IMG/VR virus record: IMGVR_UViG_3300032208_000014
Location: 1-57,328 of that record
Length of the DNA: 57,328 bases
Source: a virus
Lineage: Duplodnaviria; Caudoviricetes
Direction: 5' to 3' (one strand)
Under the pieces are notes generated by a model. It was not told the origin of the DNA and searched no databases. It saw nothing but the letters and a program-made list of their open reading frames with translations. Made by a program: the position numbers and the translations under genes. Each line of letters opens with the position of its first letter. Position 1 is the first letter of the stretch. Below, piece after piece: positions 37,935-47,887 of the stretch.

Positions 37935-39839
37935 CTAGCCTACTTCACCCCAGTTGTCACCAAGTTCTTGATCAACTTTGCTAGGAATTTTTAACTCTAG
38001 GCTCGTTTCCATAATCTCTGTAATACGCGATGCCTGTTGCTCGGACTCGACATTGAAGCATAGTTCGTCATGCACCGTGAGCAACGGCACTAGTCCCTCC
38101 TTGTAACACTCTACCATCGCCTGTTTGGTTTGATCGGCTGCCGAACCTTGGATCAATCTGTTCAATGCCTTGTATGTAAACGCACGCTGCAACGGTTGCA
38201 TGGGATATTCTTTACGCGCCTTGTCTAACGGCAGAGGCTTATTGTACCCAAACTTCTTTGGTTCCCACATATCAAATCTGCATAACCTGCCAAGTATCGT
38301 TCTAATCTGTCCGTGGGCATCGGCTCTTTCCGCCACCATGTCCGCCAAGCCTTTAACAAACGGAACCCTGTTATGGTACTGCTTCAATAGGTCTGTAGCT
38401 TCATCTTTGGTGATATCCATCGTGTTTGCCAGCTTGCCCTTGCCCATACCGTACATGATACCAAGGTTTACCGTCTTAGCCTGTTTGCGCGTAATACCTG
38501 CAAGGTCTGCCACCATTTGATGGAAGTCAGCATCCCCTTTCTTGTATTCTTCAACCACTTCATCAATAGCATAGTGCCTTTGATCGTTTGGTAGGGATGC
38601 ACAGTAATGCACCAAGAGCCTCGGTTCTTGGCTCGAATAGTCGAAGCTGCCCCATTTGCACCCATCATCCGGCACAAACAGGCCACGAATCATGGACTTA
38701 ATCTCTGGGTCACGCGCAGGGATTTGCTGGAGGTTTGGATTACTGGACGAAAATCTACCTGTCACAGTTCCGCCATCATCTGACCGCAGTGGATGAAACT
38801 CGCAGTGTATCCGCCCTTTGTACGAGAACTTTAAAATGTTGTCGATGAATGTATTGCTTGCCTTATCTAGTTCGCGCAGCCTAAGTATGCGTCCTGCAAT
38901 CTCATGTGGGTGGTTCTGTAAAAACTCTTTTCTGAAAGACGGCTGTTTAGTGTCTTCTGTCCGGCTGTAGTAAAGACCATAGTGGTCAAATACTTTTGCC
39001 ACACTGGTTGCTACCCACGGCTGTACCTCGATTCCTGTGTCGTGCTTAATGCCCGAAACAAGTTCTTTCTTTGCCTTAATTAAGCCAGCTTTTGCCTGCT
39101 CGGCTTTGTCTAGATCTACAGCCACACCCTTCTCGCGCATGTCAAGCAGGACAGGTATCAACGCTGTTTCAATGTCAAAGATTGTCATCAGGCTCTGCTG
39201 TTCCAAATCGATACGCATCTGGTTCCACAGCTTTAAGGTAAGTTCTGCATCTTTCTCGGCGTATGCACCCACAAAGCTAGAGTTTAGCTTCCACATCTCA
39301 GCCTTGGGGTCGATGCCAAAGTCCGCCGCTGCGGCTCGAAGAGTGCGCTCATCCTTACGCTCGTTCAGATAATCTTTTGCCAGATTGTTCAGGCTGTAGC
39401 TGAAGCGGTTCTCGTTCAGTAGCGGCGCGGCAATCATGGTGTCGATTATCGTGCCTTGAACCTTGACTCCTGCCCACCGTAGCCAGCCAGCATCGTATGT
39501 GGCGTTGTGCATAATTTTAGGAATGTCTGGTGTAGCCAACTGATCCTTCAGCCAAGACATCACACGCTTCTTTGAAATGTTGCCCCCGCCCTCGTGTGCG
39601 ATTGGGTAGTATCCAACAAAGTCACCAGCTGCGATAGCCACACCTACAATAAAGCCATCGCCCCTTGCCCAGCCAGGACCTAGCGTCATGATGTTGGGGT
39701 CACTTGTTTCCAAGTCAATGGCAATGTAATCCGCGTTACGCAGATCAGGGAAGTGGTCAGGTGGGAACCAATCTTTCTCGATTGTGTCCAAGTCCAGCCT
39801 GTTCAGATAACTAATCTGACTGCTTTCTTTCGAGGTCAT
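37935..39839 (-). CDS. polA: DNA polymerase family A with 3'-5' exonuclease
   Basis: IDLET, HNATYD, TGRFSSSNPNLQQIP, DYSSQEPR, KTVNLGIMYG, LIQGSAAD, TVHDEL. Confidence 0.95.
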   Translation of the reverse strand: MTSKESSQISYLNRLDLDTIEKDWFPPDHFPDLRNADYIAIDLETSDPNIMTLGPGWARGDGFIVGVAIAAGDFVGYYPIAHEGGGNISKKRVMSWLKDQLATPDIPKIMHNATYDAGWLRWAGVKVQGTIIDTMIAAPLLNENRFSYSLNNLAKDYLNERKDERTLRAAAADFGIDPKAEMWKLNSSFVGAYAEKDAELTLKLWNQMRIDLEQQSLMTIFDIETALIPVLLDMREKGVAVDLDKAEQAKAGLIKAKKELVSGIKHDTGIEVQPWVATSVAKVFDHYGLYYSRTEDTKQPSFRKEFLQNHPHEIAGRILRLRELDKASNTFIDNILKFSYKGRIHCEFHPLRSDDGGTVTGRFSSSNPNLQQIPARDPEIKSMIRGLFVPDDGCKWGSFDYSSQEPRLLVHYCASLPNDQRHYAIDEVVEEYKKGDADFHQMVADLAGITRKQAKTVNLGIMYGMGKGKLANTMDITKDEATDLLKQYHNRVPFVKGLADMVAERADAHGQIRTILGRLCRFDMWEPKKFGYNKPLPLDKARKEYPMQPLQRAFTYKALNRLIQGSAADQTKQAMVECYKEGLVPLLTVHDELCFNVESEQQASRITEIMETSLELKIPSKVDQELGDNWGEVG

Positions 39840-40092
39840 ATATCTCTCCACCCAGTGCTGCGTAACCTGCGATATCAACCCATGTGTCTGTATGTTCTGG
39901 GCTGTTAATTAAACGCGATAGTTTCAAAGAAATCATTGCCTGTACGACCTGCGCAACAGTAACTTCTTGTCCGAATATGGGACTCCATAAGTCTGCTACA
40001 CGCTGGAAATTTTCAGCAGCATCACCATAGTCCTCGGCTCTCGGACCATTGACCAGTCCCTCGGCTTTTTCTAGAAGTTCTTTTCTGTTCAT
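39811..40092 (-). CDS. DUF6378-like protein
   Basis: R..DYG...ENF.RVA.LWS...LKLSR...DTWVDIAGYA. Confidence 0.75.
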   Translation of the reverse strand: MNRKELLEKAEGLVNGPRAEDYGDAAENFQRVADLWSPIFGQEVTVAQVVQAMISLKLSRLINSPEHTDTWVDIAGYAALGGEIYDLERKQSD

Positions 40093-41612
40093 ATGTCGTA
40101 CCTGTATTTAGCCTCGTGGTCTACGATGTGTAAGTTTTCTTTTGCGCGAGTGATGCCTGTGTAAAACACTCGATGTTCATCGTCTTGGTCAGGGTTGTTC
40201 ACGGCAGGCCAACAAGACTCCGTAAACAACATGATATTATCGTCCTCACCACCTTTCATGCGGTGAATTGTAGACAGCTTTATGCGTGGGGTTTTAAGCG
40301 ATTCGCCTCGGAGTTGCAGAGCAGCAACATACCTTCTATCCTCCTTGGACATATTAACTATGTCCGCCGCTGGAGTGTCCATCCCAGCTATAAGTCCATG
40401 ATTTTCAACAAGTATATCATAGCCGTATAAACCCTCTGGGTCTAGTGCAGACAATGATTTTATAGAACCACGCTTGACAACGGCATTATCACCCGCCTTG
40501 GGCACTGCCTCATACAACTTAATCAGTGCGTCATGACTAACAACCTTGCCTTCCGCCAAGGCGTTCCAAATGTTCATGACCTCTAGCATTGTTTCGTTGA
40601 TGCTAAGTTTGTTGTTGATTCTAAAGAGATAGCCGTCATCCCGAAGCTGATGCGCTATCTTTGTAATGATTTTGTTAGTCCGCCCCATGATAGTCCACGA
40701 ACCCTGATCTACATCAATGTCATACCAGCTGCTATGAAACTGCACATCTCCGTGTCGCTCCATTGGGTTCCAGTCTTTTTGATAACGGTAGTCAATCCGC
40801 CTCACGACACTGTTAGCTAGAGAAAACACAGATTGCGGTACGCGATAGCTTTGCGTCAGAACGGTCTTGTTATCACAAGCGTTCATAAACTGCCCTACAT
40901 CTACGCCGTTCCAACGGTGGATACACTGGTCATCGTCACCTGCATACCAGACACGCTCGGCATTCTCTTTAACAACCTGAACCTGCTTCCACTGCAACGG
41001 TGTCAGGTCCTGGGCCTCGTCTACAATCAGAACATCTAACTGAGGTGCTGTGCCTTGCTCCACAAACAATTCAATCATGTCTGTAAAATCATACTTGTTG
41101 TTGTCGGCCTTGTAGTCAGCGTACACATGGTCAATATGAAGCAACTGTTCCCAATGTAGGTCGTAGTCGGCTCTGTCGTTAAACTCATCCTCTATCAAAA
41201 TGCACCGCATCTTGGCTCTGGATATTATTGACAAATACTTATTGCCCATCTGGTGCGACATAGGTATCAGCCCCTCGCCCATTTGTTCGGACGTACTGGA
41301 ATCAAACCTAACCCCAAGATCCCATTCTAATGCTTGCAAGTCTGTAGGTCCGATAACGTTTTGTTTTTCCATGCCCAACCACGCAAAGCCTAATGCGTGT
41401 AGTGTCTTGAACCACGGCAAGTCGTTGATCTCCAGATTAAACTTGCCCATAGCCCTGTCTCTTGCTTCCTCGATTGATTTCTTAGAGAAAGAAACAAAAC
41501 CTATGCGGTCAGGAGGCGTACCATTATCAAGCTCCTTCTGCATGATTTCCATCAAGGTATGGGTCTTACCGCATCCAGGTGGTCCGAATATAAGAGTTTC
41601 AGTCGGCATCAA
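40089..41612 (-). CDS. Superfamily 1 (UvrD/Rep-like) helicase
   Basis: GPPGCGKT, VDEAQD, GDDDQCI, QSYR, STIHRMKGGE, YTGITRAK. Confidence 0.9.
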   Translation of the reverse strand: MMPTETLIFGPPGCGKTHTLMEIMQKELDNGTPPDRIGFVSFSKKSIEEARDRAMGKFNLEINDLPWFKTLHALGFAWLGMEKQNVIGPTDLQALEWDLGVRFDSSTSEQMGEGLIPMSHQMGNKYLSIISRAKMRCILIEDEFNDRADYDLHWEQLLHIDHVYADYKADNNKYDFTDMIELFVEQGTAPQLDVLIVDEAQDLTPLQWKQVQVVKENAERVWYAGDDDQCIHRWNGVDVGQFMNACDNKTVLTQSYRVPQSVFSLANSVVRRIDYRYQKDWNPMERHGDVQFHSSWYDIDVDQGSWTIMGRTNKIITKIAHQLRDDGYLFRINNKLSINETMLEVMNIWNALAEGKVVSHDALIKLYEAVPKAGDNAVVKRGSIKSLSALDPEGLYGYDILVENHGLIAGMDTPAADIVNMSKEDRRYVAALQLRGESLKTPRIKLSTIHRMKGGEDDNIMLFTESCWPAVNNPDQDDEHRVFYTGITRAKENLHIVDHEAKYRYDI

Positions 41613-41820
41613 CCTTGTCCCGTGGCCTGTTTGCTAACCAATCCTCAACCTCGGAACGCAACCAACGTGTGGTGCTGTTCTGGTCTGCTTCTGGTCCTAG
41701 CACTACTGGCTTTGGGAAATGATCTTGGTCTACCCATCGGTAGATTGTGGAACGGGCAACGCCCAACCAATCTGTCAGGTCACCCACCTTCAGGTAACGA
41801 TCATCAGAATGGGATGTCAT
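41599..41820 (-). CDS. AlpA / excisionase-like HTH protein
   Basis: LGVARSTIYRWV...FPKPV...RWLRSEVEDWL. Confidence 0.85.
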   Translation of the reverse strand: MTSHSDDRYLKVGDLTDWLGVARSTIYRWVDQDHFPKPVVLGPEADQNSTTRWLRSEVEDWLANRPRDKVDAD

Positions 41821-43336
41821 TTTCTATCTCCTTCTTTGGAATATGAACTTCGTTATCGTCAAACTCTGGAACAAACCAAACGCGGACATTTTGCCATCGC
41901 CCTGTCTTGTCATCCTTGAGCTTGTAGTATGTGTTACAGTCACCACCGTTGTTTAAAATCTTCAGTCGTTCCTGTATCTGTGGCCTGTTAAGCTGCACGA
42001 AGTTTCGTGATCGTAAAAACTCTTGCAACCCCTTCATCGTAAAGAACGTCAAATCGTTCTCTGTCCACGGCTTACCAAGCCGTAGTTCTTCTGGTGCTCT
42101 CGCACGAATCCTGCTTGTACAAAAGATTTCCAAAAGTTCTTCAAACTGACCTGTGGTAGTCAGTTCTTTCGGCACCTCAATCGCCGTAGCAGTAGACATC
42201 AGATTGTTTACAAGCTGTTGCCAATCCGCTGGCTTCATGGTCGGAGGCATAAAATCAATTTGCTCCATACACGCACGTTGAAACTGCAACGGCATTTGCA
42301 GTTGTTCAGTAGACAACTCCAACCGCTGACCATTGACATCCAAGAAGTACAGGCGCGGGTCAGACTTCAGAATAGTAAGACCGCCCATAGATGGAGCCGC
42401 AGCGGAACCGCCCACACCATGTTCCATCGTCCGGCATTGGTCACGATTACAATAACTAGACATCGGCTCTTCCTTACATTTGTAGCCGTACTTGTCTTTT
42501 TCGATTGACTTCTGCAACGTGACCACTTCGTCCGCTGGCATCGGTGGTTTACATATCTTCTGGTTCCACGACTCTAGCTTCTTTTTCCAGTCGTCTGGAT
42601 ACTTCTTGCGTAAGAACACACCTGTATGAAACATAGCGTTGTTCCGCATACCCTGTGGTATGCCCATCAATACAAGGTTCTTGATACATGGTATCAGGCC
42701 GTCAAACTCATCGCTCTTAGTCTCAAACTTCAAAGCGTTCAACGCATCCAATGTAGTGCGTTTCTTTTCAATAACCTTCAAGAAATCAAGTAACTCAAGT
42801 TCTTCCCCCTTATCATCAAAAGCATATCGCACAGTGTTCTCGCTATCGAAGTATGGCAGGTTGATAAAGTTACCAACATCGCCACGGTCAGCGAGGATCT
42901 GATCTTGTTTTGGAAATATTTCACAGCCAGAAAAGCCGAGCACCGCAGAGAACTCGGTCAGACAGTCGCGCATGTCTACAGCCCTAATCCACTCTTTTGT
43001 GAACAGGTAGAGATGTGCACCACCAGATTTAGAACGACAAACTACAAACGGTATCTTGAGTTGCTTGCACTTCTTGGCTATCTCGGCATGGTCGATAGGG
43101 TACTTGTCAATGTCCAATACACCGAACTTACACATATTCTTATCATTAATAGGAATTGATCCCACACCTTTTTCACCATTGATATGTTGTGCAATTAACT
43201 CCTTTGTAAGCGGCTGTTTGACGATAAAACTTTTAGCTTCTGTTTTACCATTACGGCGTTGCTGTCCGATTGTGGTTTGACCGTGGGCGGCATCCGATCC
43301 CTCGAATGCCGCCGCAAAACGATCAACAATATCCAT
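41804..43336 (-). CDS. Primase-polymerase (AEP) with PriCT-like domain
   Basis: LDID, RSKSGGAHLYLF, EIFPKQ, NFINLPY, G.RNNAMF. Confidence 0.8.
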   Translation of the reverse strand: MDIVDRFAAAFEGSDAAHGQTTIGQQRRNGKTEAKSFIVKQPLTKELIAQHINGEKGVGSIPINDKNMCKFGVLDIDKYPIDHAEIAKKCKQLKIPFVVCRSKSGGAHLYLFTKEWIRAVDMRDCLTEFSAVLGFSGCEIFPKQDQILADRGDVGNFINLPYFDSENTVRYAFDDKGEELELLDFLKVIEKKRTTLDALNALKFETKSDEFDGLIPCIKNLVLMGIPQGMRNNAMFHTGVFLRKKYPDDWKKKLESWNQKICKPPMPADEVVTLQKSIEKDKYGYKCKEEPMSSYCNRDQCRTMEHGVGGSAAAPSMGGLTILKSDPRLYFLDVNGQRLELSTEQLQMPLQFQRACMEQIDFMPPTMKPADWQQLVNNLMSTATAIEVPKELTTTGQFEELLEIFCTSRIRARAPEELRLGKPWTENDLTFFTMKGLQEFLRSRNFVQLNRPQIQERLKILNNGGDCNTYYKLKDDKTGRWQNVRVWFVPEFDDNEVHIPKKEIENDIPF

Positions 43337-43338
43337 GA

Positions 43339-44166
43339 CTAGAACGGAATATCGTCTTCGTGGTCTATGTTGGTGGTTCCTTGCGCGATATCAGAGCCAG
43401 TTGACTCCTCTTCCTGTTGGGCTTTTGCTTCGCCCTTTAGAACCATCTCACGGAACGCTTTTGCCTCTGCAAAGACATTAGCACTGTCAACCTGACCAAT
43501 CCTTGAGATTGACCAAGACGACCAGCTACCACGGTCATTGGACTCGTCAATACCTGTAAAGTTCCACATAATCCCGAACAGCGGTGGGGTACGCATGTTA
43601 CCCTGCGAGTCCGGCAGCTTTTGCATCGCAATTTGTGTCTTCCAACGGCGGCTCACCTTCAGACCTGTAGAACGGAAGTCAATCACAGCCTTTTGTGTAG
43701 TTCCGTCTTCATTGAGGATCATGCAGTAAAAATTGTCAGACTTTACCAACTCACCTTCTACATTGCCGCCTGCGTCCATGACCCATTCCTTCGCACCATC
43801 ACGCTTCACACGCTTCAACAAGGGCTGAAGCTTTGGGTCAGAGAGATTGTATCTTTCATACCCACCTGCGTCAGTCTTAAACGCATAAATAGTTTCTTGG
43901 TGGACTGGAATAACAGTGATGCCTTTCTCTGGATCCCAAATCTGCTTCGTGATGGTGTTATAGATTTCACCCGCACGAAGTTCTTTGATGAAAGCAGGTT
44001 TCGCTTTCTGCATGGCCTCCGACATTGGATGCGCTAGACGGACATACGGGATTTCCATTTCACTAACATCAAAGTTAACACCCGCTCCCTCTTCCTCAAA
44101 CATTGCATCCATAAGATCATTGGTTGCGACAGCGGTTTCTTTTTTCTTTGCTACTTGTGTGCTCAT
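43339..44166 (-). CDS. Putative single-stranded DNA-binding protein
   Basis: Replication-module position and acidic tail EDDIPF. Confidence 0.6.
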   Translation of the reverse strand: MSTQVAKKKETAVATNDLMDAMFEEEGAGVNFDVSEMEIPYVRLAHPMSEAMQKAKPAFIKELRAGEIYNTITKQIWDPEKGITVIPVHQETIYAFKTDAGGYERYNLSDPKLQPLLKRVKRDGAKEWVMDAGGNVEGELVKSDNFYCMILNEDGTTQKAVIDFRSTGLKVSRRWKTQIAMQKLPDSQGNMRTPPLFGIMWNFTGIDESNDRGSWSSWSISRIGQVDSANVFAEAKAFREMVLKGEAKAQQEEESTGSDIAQGTTNIDHEDDIPF

Positions 44167-44736
44167 TTATTTATTCCTCTTTACATCGGCAGTTCTTGCA
44201 ACATAGGCTCCAAACATATCCAAATCTATTGGTAGATTTTTCTCGACACGTTCTTTTACAAACGCCTTCAAGGTCATTGCGTGGATATGTGTTTTCTTTT
44301 CGGGGTGAAACCCCTTCTGCTCAAGGTCGTACATCACATCACCTGCAACGTTATCTTCACCTCGACCAAAAGAAACGATGACATCGTTCTTTATAATGTC
44401 ATCCAGACCGTGTTCACGGAGCCATGCAAAGGCTTCCTGCCTGCGGTCAGCAGGGATAGACGCAGATACAAAAGGTTTCAGCTGCACGGTTGCACCGTCA
44501 ACGTCCACACGCTCGATACCCATTTCATCCATGAGCATCGGTATTTGTTCCGTAGCTATCCGCTGTTTCTCTGCTTTTAGTTGCTTGAGATATTCTTCAC
44601 ACTGAATGATTTGCTCATTCTTATCCCTCAAGTCTTTAACCAAATCAGAAAGTGTTTTGCCTGTGTCGGCATTTACACCAGATAATGACGAGGGGTCTAC
44701 GACCTCATCGTCAAAGATGTCGATTACTTCTTTCAT
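44167..44736 (-). CDS. Phage replication-module protein
   Basis: Coiled coil, AFAWLREHGLDDIIK, IHAMTLKAFVKE. Confidence 0.7.
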   Translation of the reverse strand: MKEVIDIFDDEVVDPSSLSGVNADTGKTLSDLVKDLRDKNEQIIQCEEYLKQLKAEKQRIATEQIPMLMDEMGIERVDVDGATVQLKPFVSASIPADRRQEAFAWLREHGLDDIIKNDVIVSFGRGEDNVAGDVMYDLEQKGFHPEKKTHIHAMTLKAFVKERVEKNLPIDLDMFGAYVARTADVKRNK

Positions 44737-44764
44737 ACAAGTATATCCTCTTCAGGTTTATGGG

Positions 44765-44793
44765 TTGACGGAACCACTCCGAACCTCTATGTT
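44765..44793 (+). promoter_or_regulatory. Sigma70-type promoter for the SNF2 operon
   Basis: TTGACG-17 nt-TATGTT, then AGGAGG at 44803. Confidence 0.7.
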
Positions 44794-44814
44794 GTACCAT
44801 ATAGGAGGACATGT

Positions 44815-46272
44815 ATGGAAGTCAACTACAAATTTAAAACGACACCATATGTACACCAGAAGGAAGCCCTAGACCGTAGTATTCACAAGAACCTTTACGG
44901 GTTCTTTATGGAGATGGGGACTGGTAAGTCGAAGGTGTTAATAGATACCATTGCGTATCTTAGCGACACAAATCAGATTAACTTTGCTTTTATTATCGCG
45001 CCCAAGGGCGTGTACCGTAATTGGGTAAACAAAGAAATACCTGACCACTTTTGTGAAGATGTCCCCCATCATGTTTGCTACTGGCAAGCCAAAGACACTA
45101 AGGCTTATCGCAAAGAGCTAGAACAATTCTTCATGAATACCGAACCAGGTGTCAAGATATTTGTTATGAATGTCGAAGCATTTAGTTCAGGCAAAGGCAA
45201 GAAGATCGGGGAATGGATTGCCCATAAATTTGGCTGTCAAGGATTGATTGCTATTGACGAATCCACAACTATTAAAACCCCCACTGCCAAACGCACGAAG
45301 GTGCTTACAAAGATAGCGTCCAGCTTCAAGTATCGCAGGCTGCTGACAGGTTCGCCTGTAACTAAATCGCCTATGGATCTTTATACTCAATGTGAGTTTC
45401 TTGAACCTCGGCTCTTGGGTTATGATTCCTACTATGCGTTTCGGGGTCGGTACGCAATCCTGCGCAAACAGAAGATGGGCATTAAAGAGTTTCAAACGAT
45501 AGTCGGGTTTCGTAACTTAGAGGAGTTAACAGACAAGATTGCTCCGTTTACTTATCGGGTTCTGAAAAAAGATTGTCTGGACCTGCCGGATAAAAACTAC
45601 ACCGTGCGCTATGTGGATATGACGCTAGAACAGGTGCGCATGTACAAGGACATTCAGAAAGAGGCGATGGTGTTGCTGGAAAACGGCGACATCGTGACAG
45701 CTATGCAGGTGATGACGCAGCTTCTGCGGCTCCAGCAAATACTTTCGGGACACCTGAAGACAGATGATGGCGATATAGTTGAGGTGGACACTAACCGCAT
45801 ACATGCGCTGCTTGAATGTGTTGAAGAAGTTTCGGGTAAGATAATCATCTGGTCGCGCTTCCGTTACGATATCAAGAAAATTTTTACTGCCCTGCAACGT
45901 CAATTCGGGAACAATTCTGTGGTATGCTATTATGGAGACACAAGTGACGAAGATCGTCAGAAAGCGATACATCAGTTCCAGAACGGTGACGCTCGATTCT
46001 TTGTAGCTAATCCTGCAACAGCTGGTTATGGCCTCACGCTGACTGCGGCAAACACCGTGATATATTATGCTAATGACTTTAATCTTGAAACTCGGATCCA
46101 GTCAGAAGATAGATGTCACCGAATAGGTCAGAAGAACGCGGTCACATACATAGACCTGATTACAGAAAAAAGCATTGATGAAAAAATTGTGAAGTCGTTA
46201 CGAAACAAGATTGACATCGGGGCGAAGGTACTCGGAGAGGAGGCGAGAGAATGGCTACAGATCCAAAAATAA
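44815..46272 (+). CDS. SNF2-family (SF2) helicase
   Basis: MEMGTGKS, IDES, LTGSP, GYGLTL, QSEDRCHRIGQ. Confidence 0.9.
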   Translation: MEVNYKFKTTPYVHQKEALDRSIHKNLYGFFMEMGTGKSKVLIDTIAYLSDTNQINFAFIIAPKGVYRNWVNKEIPDHFCEDVPHHVCYWQAKDTKAYRKELEQFFMNTEPGVKIFVMNVEAFSSGKGKKIGEWIAHKFGCQGLIAIDESTTIKTPTAKRTKVLTKIASSFKYRRLLTGSPVTKSPMDLYTQCEFLEPRLLGYDSYYAFRGRYAILRKQKMGIKEFQTIVGFRNLEELTDKIAPFTYRVLKKDCLDLPDKNYTVRYVDMTLEQVRMYKDIQKEAMVLLENGDIVTAMQVMTQLLRLQQILSGHLKTDDGDIVEVDTNRIHALLECVEEVSGKIIIWSRFRYDIKKIFTALQRQFGNNSVVCYYGDTSDEDRQKAIHQFQNGDARFFVANPATAGYGLTLTAANTVIYYANDFNLETRIQSEDRCHRIGQKNAVTYIDLITEKSIDEKIVKSLRNKIDIGAKVLGEEAREWLQIQK

Positions 46273-46475
46273 GTGGATGTATTGATATCCTGATTGAATA
46301 CAAAAAGGGCGGGTATACTTTAGACCAAGCAGTAGACAGATTTAGAAAGCTTTCGGGAATGCGAGAGGATGTCGCAAGAGAGTATATCCGAAGCATGTCT
46401 CGTGATAATATTATCTCTCTAAACACGAAACGAAAAGCATTGGAGAATGATAATGAGCCAGATATTGCAGGGTGA
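46251..46475 (+). CDS. Small hypothetical protein
   Basis: GAGGAGG RBS; 74-aa helical ORF. Confidence 0.6.
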   Translation: MATDPKISGCIDILIEYKKGGYTLDQAVDRFRKLSGMREDVAREYIRSMSRDNIISLNTKRKALENDNEPDIAG

Positions 46476-46659
46476 CGGGAAGATGCAGCAAGATTTAAAA
46501 ATGGGACTTTGCCCAAGATGCCGGACAAATATGCCACCCGTAAATGTACACGGGCACACGCAGTGCACTGTATGCCACTTGGTTATAGACGAGTGCTGTC
46601 AAGGCGAAACTGCATCTTGCAACTTTGACACAACAGACAAGGCTGGGTCGCTGTCGTGA
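46447..46659 (+). CDS. Zinc-ribbon protein
   Basis: CPRC...HGHTQCTVC...CC. Confidence 0.65.
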   Translation: MIMSQILQGDGKMQQDLKMGLCPRCRTNMPPVNVHGHTQCTVCHLVIDECCQGETASCNFDTTDKAGSLS

Positions 46660-47108
46660 AACTGGAGGTTGTCCCTGTAACTACACGCGAGGCGAATGAG
46701 TTTGTTGCTAATTTTCACAGACACAACAAACCAACTAACGGCGGAAAGTTTTCAATCGGGGCAATTTACGGTGATGAACTTGTCGGAGTTGCTATAGTCG
46801 GGCGACCCGTGGCAAGGATGCTCGATGATGGGTTGACTGTTGAGGTTACCAGAGTTTGCGTTGTAGATCACGCACCCAAAAACACTTGCAGTTTTTTGTA
46901 CGGACGGTGCTGGCGCATCTGGCAACAGATGGGCGGCAAGCGCATGATTACATATACTTTGCAGGAAGAGTCGGGGTCTTCGCTTCGGGGTGCTGGCTGG
47001 AAAATAGTCGGGGAAGTAAAACCCACAGAGCGGGGCTGGGACAGGGATAACCGCAAACGAAATTGGCAACCAATCTACGGACAGATGAAGTTCAGGTGGG
47101 AAGCATGA
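46656..47108 (+). CDS. Mom-like / XF1762-family GNAT-fold protein
   Basis: FV..FHRH, GVAIVGRPVAR, EVTR, CSFLYG, ITYT...ESG.SLRGAGW. Confidence 0.75.
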   Translation: MKLEVVPVTTREANEFVANFHRHNKPTNGGKFSIGAIYGDELVGVAIVGRPVARMLDDGLTVEVTRVCVVDHAPKNTCSFLYGRCWRIWQQMGGKRMITYTLQEESGSSLRGAGWKIVGEVKPTERGWDRDNRKRNWQPIYGQMKFRWEA

Positions 47109-47887
47109 TTTTATCTTGGTGGTCGGCAGGCGTGACCAGCGCGGTAGCAACTAAACTTGCAATCGACAAATACGGGAAAGACAGAGTGCTGCCCGTCTAC
47201 TTCCATATCGACTCGGCTCACCCAGACAACGAGCGGTTCATTCGGGAGTGCGAGGAGTGGTATGGTCGGGACATCATGATCACCAAGTCGCACAAGCATA
47301 ACAACCAGTTCGAGGTCATCGAGAAAGACAAGTATGTAAACGGTCCTGGGGGTGCACGCTGCACTCTGGTTTTGAAGAAACGGGTTCGGGAGCGGATTGA
47401 ACGGGAGATGGAGTATGAGGCACAGGTCTTCGGGTTCGAGTTTTCCAAGAAAGAAGTCAATCGGGCGGTGCGGTTCAAGGAACAATATCCTGGGTCAAAG
47501 CCCATCTTTCCGCTCATCGAGAAGAAGCTGACCAAGCCGGAGTGTCTGTATTATCTTGAGGCGGCTGGCATCGAGCGACCAGAAATGTATAAGCTTGGCT
47601 ACGGCAACAATAACTGCATCGGTTGCGTAAAAGGCGGCAAAGGGTACTGGAATAAAATCCGCAAAGACTTCCCCGAATATTTTGACCGCATGGCTGCAGC
47701 AGAGCGGCTGGTTGGTAACTCATGCCTGCGTGGTGTGTATCTGGACGAGCTAGATCCAAACTCTGGACACAAGCAGAATTATGTCATGCCTGACTGCGGA
47801 AACTTTTGTGAAATAGAATTTGCAGATATCATGCACAAAGATATAGACTTAATAATGAAGCAACCAGAACAGTTGAGTTTATTCTAA
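47105..47887 (+). CDS. PAPS-reductase-like (PP-loop) protein with Cys clusters
   Basis: WWSAGVTSA PP-loop, CT..LK, FPLI, NNCIGCVKGG, CGNFC; ATGA coupling at 47105. Confidence 0.7.
   Translation: MILSWWSAGVTSAVATKLAIDKYGKDRVLPVYFHIDSAHPDNERFIRECEEWYGRDIMITKSHKHNNQFEVIEKDKYVNGPGGARCTLVLKKRVRERIEREMEYEAQVFGFEFSKKEVNRAVRFKEQYPGSKPIFPLIEKKLTKPECLYYLEAAGIERPEMYKLGYGNNNCIGCVKGGKGYWNKIRKDFPEYFDRMAAAERLVGNSCLRGVYLDELDPNSGHKQNYVMPDCGNFCEIEFADIMHKDIDLIMKQPEQLSLF

Noticed and set aside
41599-41820. Excisionase implying a prophage
   Set aside because: No integrase, att-like context or host genes in the window; more likely a replication-module regulator.
47105-47887. Auxiliary sulfur-assimilation gene cysH
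   Set aside because: Only the PP-loop fold is recognisable; the CysH C-terminal ECGLH motif is missing and the context is DNA metabolism.
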